Shown here: piece after piece, positions 19,425-27,204 of the stretch
Layout of the letters: the number at the start of each line of letters is the position of its first letter
Numbering within the stretch: position 1 is the stretch's first letter
DNA from: Patescibacteria group bacterium
GTDB lineage: Bacteria > Patescibacteriota > Minisyncoccia > Minisyncoccales > Staskawiczbacteraceae
Assembly: GCA_022703425.1 (NCBI GenBank)
Contig: JAKLDQ010000002.1
Span: forward strand, 12,876-76,875
Direction of reading: 5' to 3'
Length of the DNA stretch: 64,000 nucleotides
Program-made: the position numbers and the translations under genes
The notes under the pieces: generated by a model
The model's input: the letters and a program-made list of their open reading frames with translations, nothing else
What the model was told of the DNA's origin: nothing
The model's database searches: none

Positions 19425-19454
19425 TGAACGGCTCACTCCGGAGTGAGCCGTTCA
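19425..19454. repeat. 30-bp perfect palindrome tgaacggctcactccggagtgagccgttca (right copy)
   Basis: Identical to 11541-11570. The adjacent aggggaaaa...acccaaaaaa string also recurs next to the left copy. Confidence 0.9.
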
Positions 19455-19489
19455 GCTAAGGGGAAAATCCGGTTTTAGAACCCAAAAAA

Positions 19490-19511
19490 GCGCCTGAAAA
19501 AGGCGCTTTTT
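19490..19511 (+). terminator. Rho-independent terminator
   Basis: gcgcct-gaaaa-aggcgc followed by T5. Confidence 0.75.
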
Positions 19512-19567
19512 GTTTGCATACTTTTCGTAAGCTGGCCAAGGACCTGTCCTGAGCTTGTCGAAGGAGA

Positions 19568-19596
19568 TTGACTATTTTGGAATAAGAGATATAATA
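19568..19596 (+). promoter_or_regulatory. Putative promoter of secD
   Basis: ttgact, 17 nt, ataata. Confidence 0.45.
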
Positions 19597-19627
19597 ATCA
19601 TATTAATTTAATTGAATCTCTTTTTTT

Positions 19628-21049
19628 ATGGCGCAGAAATACTATATATTTATCGGTGTTTTGATATTAGCCGTAGTTGCGGGCATATTTGCTTATCCGA
19701 ACTATTTTAACAAAGGAGTAGATTTCTTAAATCAAAAATTCTCTTTCACGCTTCCGCACTTTCCTGACAGGCCTTATGTTTTGGGGCTTGATCTTCAGGG
19801 AGGTGTTAATTTGGTTTATCAGGCGGATTTGTCCAGCGTGCAGGATAAATCGGGGGCAATGGCTGGACTTCGCGATGTCATTGAAAGAAGGGTAAACACA
19901 TTCGGAGTTACAGAGCCGGTTGTCCAGATCCAGGGAGAAGACAGACTGCTTGTGGAACTGCCCGGAGTGACAGATGTCCAACAGGCGATTCAGATGATCG
20001 GGCAGACTCCGTATCTTGAATTTAGCGAACAGAGAACAGAGGACGAAACAAAACAAATTTTAGACAAGATGAAAGAGATACAGGATGCGCAGACAAAGAA
20101 AGAGGACATTTCAAAAATAAAAGACTGGCAGATTGCATTTCAGAATCCTTATTTCAAGCCGACAGATCTCACGGGAAAATATCTTTCGCGCGCGACAGTT
20201 GTGTTTGACCAGACAACTTACAAACCGCAGATCGAACTGCAGTTTAATTCGGACGGCGCAAAAGTTTTTGAAGAGCTGACAGCAAGAAACATTAAAAAAC
20301 CGATTGCGATATTTTTGGACGGATATTCCATTATAGACACGAGCGGAGACCAGAAGATTGATAATTCGGATATGTACGCTCCGATTGTGCAGGATAAAAT
20401 CACAGGAGGAAAAGCTGTCATTACAGGAGACATGAGCACAAAGGTTGCAAATGACATTGCAAGGAGGCTGAACTCCGGAGCATTGCCGGTTAAAATCGGC
20501 GCGCCGATTTCGCAGGAGACAGTCGGGCCAACTCTGGGCGCGTCTTCACTGCAGAAATCTTTAATCGCCGGTTTATTTGGACTTTTGGGAATTGTAATCT
20601 TTATGATTGCGTTTTACAGATTGCCCGGACTTCTGGCATCTGTTGCCCTGGTTATTTATGTTGCCATTACGCTGGCATTATTCAAGCTGATTCCTGTTAC
20701 TCTGACATTGGCCGGAATCGGCGGATTTATTCTTTCGATTGGAATGGCGGTGGACGCAAACATTTTGATTTTCGCCAGAATGAAAGAAGAATTGAAACAG
20801 GGAAAGGGAACTGCAGAAGCGATTGACGAAGGGTTCAAAAGAGCATGGCCGTCGATCCGCGACAGCAACCTGAACTCTCTGATTGTCTGCGCTATTCTGT
20901 TTACTTTTGCAACATCGTTTATCAAAGGTTTTGCGCTGACTTTGAGCCTGGGTATTATTGTAAGCATGCTTTCTGCTATCTTTATTACAAGGATTTTCCT
21001 GCAGGTGTTTGTGGGCAGATGGGCTGAAAAAATAAAGTGGATATTGTAG
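19628..21049 (+). CDS. secD: Protein-export membrane protein SecD
   Basis: N-terminal TM, periplasmic domain (LGLDLQGGV) and C-terminal 5-TM block with GMAVDANILIFARMKEE. Confidence 0.9.
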   Translation: MAQKYYIFIGVLILAVVAGIFAYPNYFNKGVDFLNQKFSFTLPHFPDRPYVLGLDLQGGVNLVYQADLSSVQDKSGAMAGLRDVIERRVNTFGVTEPVVQIQGEDRLLVELPGVTDVQQAIQMIGQTPYLEFSEQRTEDETKQILDKMKEIQDAQTKKEDISKIKDWQIAFQNPYFKPTDLTGKYLSRATVVFDQTTYKPQIELQFNSDGAKVFEELTARNIKKPIAIFLDGYSIIDTSGDQKIDNSDMYAPIVQDKITGGKAVITGDMSTKVANDIARRLNSGALPVKIGAPISQETVGPTLGASSLQKSLIAGLFGLLGIVIFMIAFYRLPGLLASVALVIYVAITLALFKLIPVTLTLAGIGGFILSIGMAVDANILIFARMKEELKQGKGTAEAIDEGFKRAWPSIRDSNLNSLIVCAILFTFATSFIKGFALTLSLGIIVSMLSAIFITRIFLQVFVGRWAEKIKWIL

Positions 21050-21050
21050 C

Positions 21051-21083
21051 TACGAAATACGAAATGATACGAATATACGAATA
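21051..21083. repeat. Array of 4 x TACGAA (left arm of inverted repeat flanking GxxExxY gene)
   Basis: tacgaaatacgaaatgatacgaatatacgaata. Motif offsets are 0, 7, 17 and 25. Confidence 0.85.
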
Positions 21084-21103
21084 AAAATTGTAGCAAAATT
21101 ATT

Positions 21104-21505
21104 ATGAAAAGCTTAGTCAGAAAAGATTTAATTTATCCTGAACTATGCTATCAGATAATTGGAAAATTATTCGTTGTTTGGGGAAAACTGGGTTTTGGGC
21201 ATAAGGAAAAAATTTACCAGAATGCGATTGAACAGGAGTTGAAAGATTCTGAAATTAATTATGAAAGGGAGCTGCCAGTCAGGATCAAATACAATGATAA
21301 TCTGATTGGAATGTATTACTTTGATTTTCTGGTTGAAAATAAAATAGTACTGGAAACAAAAGTTAGAAATTACTTTGCTAAAAAAGATATTGAGCAGTTA
21401 TATTCCTATCTTAAGGCAAAGAATTTAAAGCTTGGAATAATCGCGCATTTCACAAATAGCGGAGTAAAGTTCAAGAGAATTGTAAATATTAATAATAATT
21501 CGTAA
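21104..21505 (+). CDS. GxxExxY-family protein (PD-(D/E)XK nuclease-like fold)
   Basis: GHKEKIY motif within GFGHKEKIYQNAIEQEL. DFLVENKIVLETK core. 133 aa. Confidence 0.75.
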   Translation: MKSLVRKDLIYPELCYQIIGKLFVVWGKLGFGHKEKIYQNAIEQELKDSEINYERELPVRIKYNDNLIGMYYFDFLVENKIVLETKVRNYFAKKDIEQLYSYLKAKNLKLGIIAHFTNSGVKFKRIVNINNNS

Positions 21506-21531
21506 ATTCGTAAAAAATTCGTAATTCGTAT
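21499..21531. repeat. Array of 4 x TTCGTA (right arm, reverse complement of left array)
   Basis: ttcgtaaattcgtaaaaaattcgtaattcgta. After reverse complement the motif offsets are 0, 7, 18 and 26, mirroring the left arm. Confidence 0.85.
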
Positions 21532-21535
21532 AAAC

Positions 21536-22438
21536 ATGAATTTTCAATTTACAAAGTATTCAAAGATCTACTATATTATTTCGGGGGTTCTCATGGCCGT
21601 TTCGATTGCCGCTTTGGTTATGTATGGCCTGAAATTTGGAATCGAATTCAACGGCGGAAGCAATATGCAGGTTGAATTTGAAAACAGGCCGACAAACGAG
21701 GCAATCAGGGAAAAACTTTCGGGCATCGACCTTGGCGAAGTGATTGTAAAACCTACGGGAGAAAAAGGCGCTGTATTGCAGTTTCGCGGAGTTGAAGAAT
21801 CCACGCACCAGCAGATTTTGTCAAAACTGAACGAGCTTTCCGCCACTACCGAAAAGAGCTTTCAGTTTATCGGCCCCTCGATCGGGCAGGAATTGAGAAA
21901 TAAGACAATTATTGCAATTGCTTTGGCCTTACTGGCGATTACCTTATATATAGCGTTTGCCTTTAGAAAGGTTTCGAAGCCCGTTGCTTCGTGGAAATAC
22001 GGAATTACCTCTCTTATTGCTTTGGTGCATGACATTGTTATCCCTTTGGGGGTGTTTGCCGTATTGGGCAAATTTTATGATGCCGAAATCACAATCCCGA
22101 TTATTGCCGCTTTGCTGACAGTGCTCGGATTTTCGGTGCACGATACTATTGTTATTTTCGACAGAATCAGGGAAAACATTTTAAGAAGGGGAATGGGCAA
22201 CTTTTCGGAAACGGTTGACTGGAGCTTGAACCAGACAATCGGCAGATCGTTAAGCACCGTTTTCAGCACGTTGCTTGCCCTTCTTGCAATATTCTTCTTC
22301 GGCGGAGAAACTCTTAAATACTTTTCTTTGGCGCTGATTATTGGTATTACATCCGGAGCTTATTCTTCGATATTCATAGCTAGCCCCCTGCTTGTCTCGT
22401 GGCGGGCGTGGGACGAGAGAAAGTCCTCAAAAAAGTAG
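21536..22438 (+). CDS. secF: Protein-export membrane protein SecF
   Basis: SecF layout: N-terminal TM, small periplasmic domain, 5-TM block with HDTIVIFDRIREN. Confidence 0.9.
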   Translation: MNFQFTKYSKIYYIISGVLMAVSIAALVMYGLKFGIEFNGGSNMQVEFENRPTNEAIREKLSGIDLGEVIVKPTGEKGAVLQFRGVEESTHQQILSKLNELSATTEKSFQFIGPSIGQELRNKTIIAIALALLAITLYIAFAFRKVSKPVASWKYGITSLIALVHDIVIPLGVFAVLGKFYDAEITIPIIAALLTVLGFSVHDTIVIFDRIRENILRRGMGNFSETVDWSLNQTIGRSLSTVFSTLLALLAIFFFGGETLKYFSLALIIGITSGAYSSIFIASPLLVSWRAWDERKSSKK

Positions 22439-22542
22439 GCATTTTTGGCTGTTTTCTGGGAGATTGCTTGACCTCTTGACATCGATATATAATTATGTTA
22501 AGATAAATAAAGTAACCAATGCTCCTCAAAAGGGGCAAATCT

Positions 22543-23019
22543 ATGCAGAAAATAAACTACTCACAATTATATACGAAGCTTACCAAAGGTCTTCCCCAGA
22601 AAACCAGGGATATTTTTGACCGCAGATTTGGCGTAAAATCGGGAATTGCCGAAACGCTTGAAGCCATCGGCAAAGACCTTGGCATTACGAGGGAAAGAGT
22701 CCGCCAGATCGAGGAAGCCGGTTTTAACTTTGTAAGAAAACAGAACAAAGATGCTCTCGAAAAAATCTTTGCCGACTTTGCTTCTTACTTTAAAAACAGC
22801 GGAGGATTTAAAAAGGAGGAAACAGCTTTAGAAGAGCTCGGAGGCAAAAATGCAAAGCCGTATATTTTGTTTCTTTTGACTCTCGGAGACCAGTTTAAGA
22901 GAGTTTGTGAAAAGAAAGATTTTTATTCTTTCTGGTCTGTTTTGGAATCTCCCGAGCAGAAAGTAAAAGATACGCTGGCTTCATTGGTTGCAAATATCGA
23001 AGATCACGGAAGCTTTTAA
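22543..23019 (+). CDS. Sigma-70 region-4-like HTH protein (apparent N-terminal part of a split gene)
   Basis: LEAIGKDLGITRERVRQIEEAGF is a region 4.2-type HTH. ATG at 22543 follows aaagggg. It ends at a TAA inside a T4-A3 run. Confidence 0.6.
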   Translation: MQKINYSQLYTKLTKGLPQKTRDIFDRRFGVKSGIAETLEAIGKDLGITRERVRQIEEAGFNFVRKQNKDALEKIFADFASYFKNSGGFKKEETALEELGGKNAKPYILFLLTLGDQFKRVCEKKDFYSFWSVLESPEQKVKDTLASLVANIEDHGSF

Positions 23020-23066
23020 ACAAAGAAGATTTTTATGCCAAGTTCGCCTCTTATGACGGAAATTCT

Positions 23067-23561
23067 TTGGATTCATATTTTGAAGTTTCAAAGAAAATCC
23101 AGGAAAACAAAGACGGTGAAATCGGACTTGCCGACTGGCCTGAAATAAAACCGAGGGGAGTGAAAGACAAGGCATATCTGGTTTTCAGAAAACACGGAAA
23201 ACCTTTGCACTTTACAAAAGTTGCAGGGTTAATCGATGAACTGGAATACAATCAGCCGAACAAAAAAACATATCCGCAGACAGTTCACAACGAGCTTATC
23301 AAAGACAACAGGTTTGTTTTGGTGGGCAGAGGAACTTACGCTTTGTCAGAATGGGGATATGTTCCGGGAACTATCAAAGATATAATCGTCAAAGTTTTGT
23401 CTGACAAAAATTCAGCTTTAAACAAGGATGAAATCGTGAAAGAAGTGCTTTCACAGAGAATGGTTGCCAAAAACACCGTATTGATGAATCTTAATAACAG
23501 AAACTACTTTATTAGAGATAACGAAGGCAATTACCTTTTAAAGAAAACTCAGACAGCTTAA
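23067..23561 (+). CDS. HARE-HTH domain protein (apparent C-terminal part of a split gene)
   Basis: KAYLVFRKHGKPLHFTKVAGLI...TVHNELIKDNRFVLVGRGTYALSEWGY matches HARE-HTH (RpoE-delta-like). The track start is TTG. This frame stays open upstream across the stop of the previous ORF. Confidence 0.6.
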   Translation: MDSYFEVSKKIQENKDGEIGLADWPEIKPRGVKDKAYLVFRKHGKPLHFTKVAGLIDELEYNQPNKKTYPQTVHNELIKDNRFVLVGRGTYALSEWGYVPGTIKDIIVKVLSDKNSALNKDEIVKEVLSQRMVAKNTVLMNLNNRNYFIRDNEGNYLLKKTQTA

Positions 23562-23570
23562 TTTTAAAAA

Positions 23571-23591
23571 GCGCCCGAAAGGGCGCTTTTT
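23571..23591 (+). terminator. Rho-independent terminator
   Basis: gcgccc-gaaa-gggcgc followed by T5. Confidence 0.8.
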
Positions 23592-23635
23592 GCGTGTTGC
23601 TTTTGGCGTTTGCAGGGGTTATAATTATTTAAATT

Positions 23636-23857
23636 ATGGAAATATTTACATCATTATTAATTGCCCTAATTGTTGCAACGATTCTCTTTTATATTGTGTT
23701 TCTTTCGCTTGTATATTATTGGCATGAAACAAAGACAACTCTGCTTGTTGTTCCGCTGATTTTTACCTTTGATTTTTTTGCGACGGGTTTTTTCATAATT
23801 GCGATCGTTTCTTTGCTGGTGGAATATCTGCCCGAAATAATTAACTTTTTCGTATAA
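23636..23857 (+). CDS. Small 2-TM membrane protein
   Basis: Two long hydrophobic segments. It ends 5 nt upstream of the next gene. Confidence 0.55.
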   Translation: MEIFTSLLIALIVATILFYIVFLSLVYYWHETKTTLLVVPLIFTFDFFATGFFIIAIVSLLVEYLPEIINFFV

Positions 23858-23862
23858 CTTTT

Positions 23863-25257
23863 ATGGCAACGAAACTTCCTCCATGGCTATTTTGGATAGA
23901 GTGGGTCAAAAAAGTCGGATGGGTGCCCTTCTGGTGGGTTTATGCTTTCATAATTATTTTATGGATTCCATTTTTGCGTCCATGGTGGTGGGTGTTTTTG
24001 CCGATCATGCTCGTTTCCCAGCTTAAGGTTTTGTATTTATGGTGGATCGGCTGGGATTATTCTTATGCAAGCTCAAAATGGATTTATCTTGAACTGGTTC
24101 CTCCAAAAGAAGTGCTTACTCCTATTAAGGCAATGGAAGACGTCTTTGCTGTAATATGGCCGATTTATGACAGCGGAAACTGGAGAGAAAGGTGGATGGA
24201 GGGGGAATTAAACAACACTCCCTTCTGGATGTCGTGGGAAATTGTAAGCATCGAGGGAAGGATACATTTTTATCTGAGAATTCTAACTTCTCATAGGGGA
24301 GCAATTGAGACTGCGATTTACGGAGCGTATCCCGACATTGAAATAAGAGAAGTTACAGATTCCTTCAAGCTTGTTCCAAAAAATATTCCAAACGAAGAAT
24401 GGGATTTGTACGGCGAAGACTTTGTTTTGGCAAGGCCCGCGGCTTATCCTTTAAAAACATACGAGAAATTCTTCGAACCTCAGGGAGAAAGAATTTCTGC
24501 AGAAGAAAAAAGAATTGATCCGATGAGTTCTTTGCTTGAACTGATGGCGCGCCTGGGTCCCGGAGAAAATTTCTGGTTGCAGTACATTTTAATGCCGATT
24601 CTTGATTATGATGAACCCGAATGGAGAAAAGAGGGAGCAGCGATTGTCACAAAACTTTCAAAACGTCCGGAGAAAAAAGAGCCCACATTCCTGGAGGATC
24701 TTGGTTATGTTTTTAGACAGCTAATTATGGGGCCGGACAAAGAGGGATCGGGAGAGGGCGCAAAATACAGCTGGACGCCGATTGCAAAAACGGAAACTGG
24801 AGAAAGAGAAATGGTGCTGACGCCGGGAGAAAGGGAAATGATAACTGAAATAGAAAATAAAATGAGAAAGCCCGCTTACCGTGTAAACATCAGGGGCTTG
24901 TATATTGCAAAAAGAGAAAACTGGAAACCTTCAAACAGGGTTTTGTCCAGATCATATTTCGCACACTTTGGACTGGATAATTTAAATCGTCTTGGATTTA
25001 GCGGGTTAACAAGGCCAAAAGTGCACTACATAATGAGAAAGAGGAGGGCATTTTTGAGAGCAAGAAGAATGCTGAGAAATGCAGTATTAAGATTTCCGCC
25101 CATGTTTCCTGACAGGAAAAGCGTTTGCGCGATATTGAACTCTGAAGAACTTGCAACATTGATTCACTTCCCGATCAAGATGACGGGCGTTGCCGGACCG
25201 ACTGTCGGCAGGATTGAGTCCAAGAAAGCCGGACCTCCGCCAAATTTGCCCACTTAG
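23863..25257 (+). CDS. Trp-rich N-terminal membrane protein, function unknown (partner of VirD4-like ATPase)
   Basis: N-terminus WLFWIEWVKKVGWVPFWWVYAFIIILWIPFLRPWWWVFLPIML gives 2-3 TM helices. A soluble domain follows, ending ELATLIHFP...GPPPNLP. Confidence 0.6.
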   Translation: MATKLPPWLFWIEWVKKVGWVPFWWVYAFIIILWIPFLRPWWWVFLPIMLVSQLKVLYLWWIGWDYSYASSKWIYLELVPPKEVLTPIKAMEDVFAVIWPIYDSGNWRERWMEGELNNTPFWMSWEIVSIEGRIHFYLRILTSHRGAIETAIYGAYPDIEIREVTDSFKLVPKNIPNEEWDLYGEDFVLARPAAYPLKTYEKFFEPQGERISAEEKRIDPMSSLLELMARLGPGENFWLQYILMPILDYDEPEWRKEGAAIVTKLSKRPEKKEPTFLEDLGYVFRQLIMGPDKEGSGEGAKYSWTPIAKTETGEREMVLTPGEREMITEIENKMRKPAYRVNIRGLYIAKRENWKPSNRVLSRSYFAHFGLDNLNRLGFSGLTRPKVHYIMRKRRAFLRARRMLRNAVLRFPPMFPDRKSVCAILNSEELATLIHFPIKMTGVAGPTVGRIESKKAGPPPNLPT

Positions 25258-25271
25258 CGTATTAATAACTC

Positions 25272-27203
25272 ATGGCAGAAAACAACGATATAGCATATTT
25301 CGGACTTACATCTTTCCGAAATCAAAAACAAAAATTTGGAATAAGACCCGACGACAGGCGGAGGCATTTTTATTGCATTGGAAAAACCGGAATGGGAAAA
25401 TCAAACCTGATGGAAAATATGGCAATTCAGGATATACAGGCGGGAAGAGGAATTGCTTATATAGATCCGCACGGAGAGGGAGCAGAAAAGCTTCTGGACT
25501 TTGTGCCTTCAAACAGAATAAATGATGTTGTGTTTTTTAATCCCGCTGACATTGACTATCCCATTGCATTTAACGTAATGGAAAAAGTTGATTTCAGATT
25601 TCGTCATTTGGTTGCCGGCGGGCTGATGGGAGTTTTCAAAAAAGTCTGGCCCGATGTCTGGTCTGCCAGAATGGAATATATTTTAAACAATTCAATTTTG
25701 GCGTTGCTTGAATATCCCGATGCCACGCTTCTCGGCGTGAACAGGATGCTTGCCGATGTTGAATACAGGCAGAAAGTTGTGGACAAAATCACAGATCCGA
25801 TTGTAAAATCTTTTTGGACGACAGAATATGCAAGATATACGCAAAGGTACGAAATCGAGGCAACAGCCGCCATCCAGAATAAAGTCGGGCAGTTCATTTC
25901 AAATCCGCTTATCAGAAATATTATCGGCCAGACCAAGTCTACAATAAATATGAGAGATATAATGGACAAGGGAAAAATATTTATTATGGATCTTTCAAAA
26001 GGAAGAATAGGAGAAGACAACTCGAGACTGCTTGGCGCGTTGCTTATTACAAAACTTCAGCTGGCCGCCATGTCGCGCGTTGATGTTCCGGAAGATGAAA
26101 GAAAAGATTTTTATATGTATGTTGATGAGTTCCAGAATTTTGCCACCGAATCTTTTGCAAACATTTTGTCTGAGGCGAGAAAATACAGATTAAATCTGAC
26201 TCTTGGGCATCAGTATATAAACCAGATGGACGAAATTGTCAGAGACGCGGTTTTTGGAAACGTTGGCACGCTGGTTGTTTTCAGGGTTGGCGCAGAAGAT
26301 GCAGAATTTCTGGAAAGGGAATTTTCACCCGAATTCACCGCAGAAGATTTGGTGAATCTGCCAAAGTATAATGTTTATTTAAAGCTGATGATAGACGGCA
26401 TAGCCGGTCATCCTTTTTCTGCTGAAACTCTGCCTCCGCCCGCTCCGTCGGAAAAATCCAACAGAGATAAAATTATCAAAGCTTCCCGGGAAAGATATGG
26501 AGTTTCGCGGGATATCGTGGAAGAAAAAATCACCCGCTGGACAGGGTTGGGAGAAAAGGAAGAAGGTGACTCTGTTAGAAAAGAGGCAAGGCCTGCGCAA
26601 TCGCGTTCGCAAGTGATGCGTCCTCAAAACAATTTAGACGGCCAGGCAACCCTGCATGAAGCGATTTGCTCAAGTTGCGGAAAGCAGACAAAAGTTATAT
26701 TTGAACCTGAAAAAGGCAGGCCTGTCTTTTGCAAGTCATGTCTCAAAAAAATGAAAGGCGAGTCAGAACAAAAAAATGAAGAGCATGCCAATGCAACAGT
26801 CTCACAGCCGTCAAAAATCGAAAACATTCCTTTTCACGTTCCAAAAACCAGAAACGAACAACCACATCACGAGAAAAAGAGAAAAGAAATCAACCTTTCG
26901 GATTTGAGAAAAGCGCTTGAAGAATCCCTTGAAAAAAAGGACGCAAAAGAGGACGAAGAACAAGAAGAAGAAATTGGAGAGAGCCCGGTAAAGCAGGAGG
27001 TCTCCGAAAAAAAATTGCCCGAACCTCCAAAGCCGGGTAAAGAGAACAACAAGTCTACAAATGAGGAATTGCAAAAAATAATTGAACAGGAAAAAATAGC
27101 AGACGAAGTTCAAAAACAGGAACCGGTTGAAGACGCTCAAAATAAAAACAACGGTAACGCCAAAAAAGGTGTTATAAAGCCGGGAGAAAGAATAAAATTT
27201 TAA
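25272..27203 (+). CDS. VirD4/TraD/TraG-like (type IV coupling protein-like) P-loop ATPase with C-terminal zinc ribbon and acidic/basic tail
   Basis: Walker A GKTGMGKS, Walker B-like FYMYVDEFQNF, ARKYRLNLTLGHQY. Zinc ribbon CSSCGKQTKVIFEPEKGRPVFCKSC. K/E-rich tail. Confidence 0.7.
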   Translation: MAENNDIAYFGLTSFRNQKQKFGIRPDDRRRHFYCIGKTGMGKSNLMENMAIQDIQAGRGIAYIDPHGEGAEKLLDFVPSNRINDVVFFNPADIDYPIAFNVMEKVDFRFRHLVAGGLMGVFKKVWPDVWSARMEYILNNSILALLEYPDATLLGVNRMLADVEYRQKVVDKITDPIVKSFWTTEYARYTQRYEIEATAAIQNKVGQFISNPLIRNIIGQTKSTINMRDIMDKGKIFIMDLSKGRIGEDNSRLLGALLITKLQLAAMSRVDVPEDERKDFYMYVDEFQNFATESFANILSEARKYRLNLTLGHQYINQMDEIVRDAVFGNVGTLVVFRVGAEDAEFLEREFSPEFTAEDLVNLPKYNVYLKLMIDGIAGHPFSAETLPPPAPSEKSNRDKIIKASRERYGVSRDIVEEKITRWTGLGEKEEGDSVRKEARPAQSRSQVMRPQNNLDGQATLHEAICSSCGKQTKVIFEPEKGRPVFCKSCLKKMKGESEQKNEEHANATVSQPSKIENIPFHVPKTRNEQPHHEKKRKEINLSDLRKALEESLEKKDAKEDEEQEEEIGESPVKQEVSEKKLPEPPKPGKENNKSTNEELQKIIEQEKIADEVQKQEPVEDAQNKNNGNAKKGVIKPGERIKF

Positions 27204-27204
27204 T

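Noticed and set aside
21051-21531. Whether the TACGAA/TTCGTA arrays could be a CRISPR array or a tandem-repeat locus
   Set aside because: There are only four 6-nt motifs per side with 1-5-nt spacers, and the two sides are arranged as inverted arms around a gene. This is not CRISPR-like. No CRISPR array was seen anywhere in the window.
23010-23020. Programmed -1 ribosomal frameshift joining the sigma-r4 and HARE-HTH ORFs
   Set aside because: The site (agc ttt taa a) is not an X XXY YYZ heptamer. I saw no obvious downstream pseudoknot or hairpin. An indel or sequencing error is the simpler explanation.
25190-25525. 111-aa alternative-frame ORF across the junction of the 464-aa gene and the ATPase gene
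   Set aside because: It overlaps two well-supported genes and has no motifs of its own.
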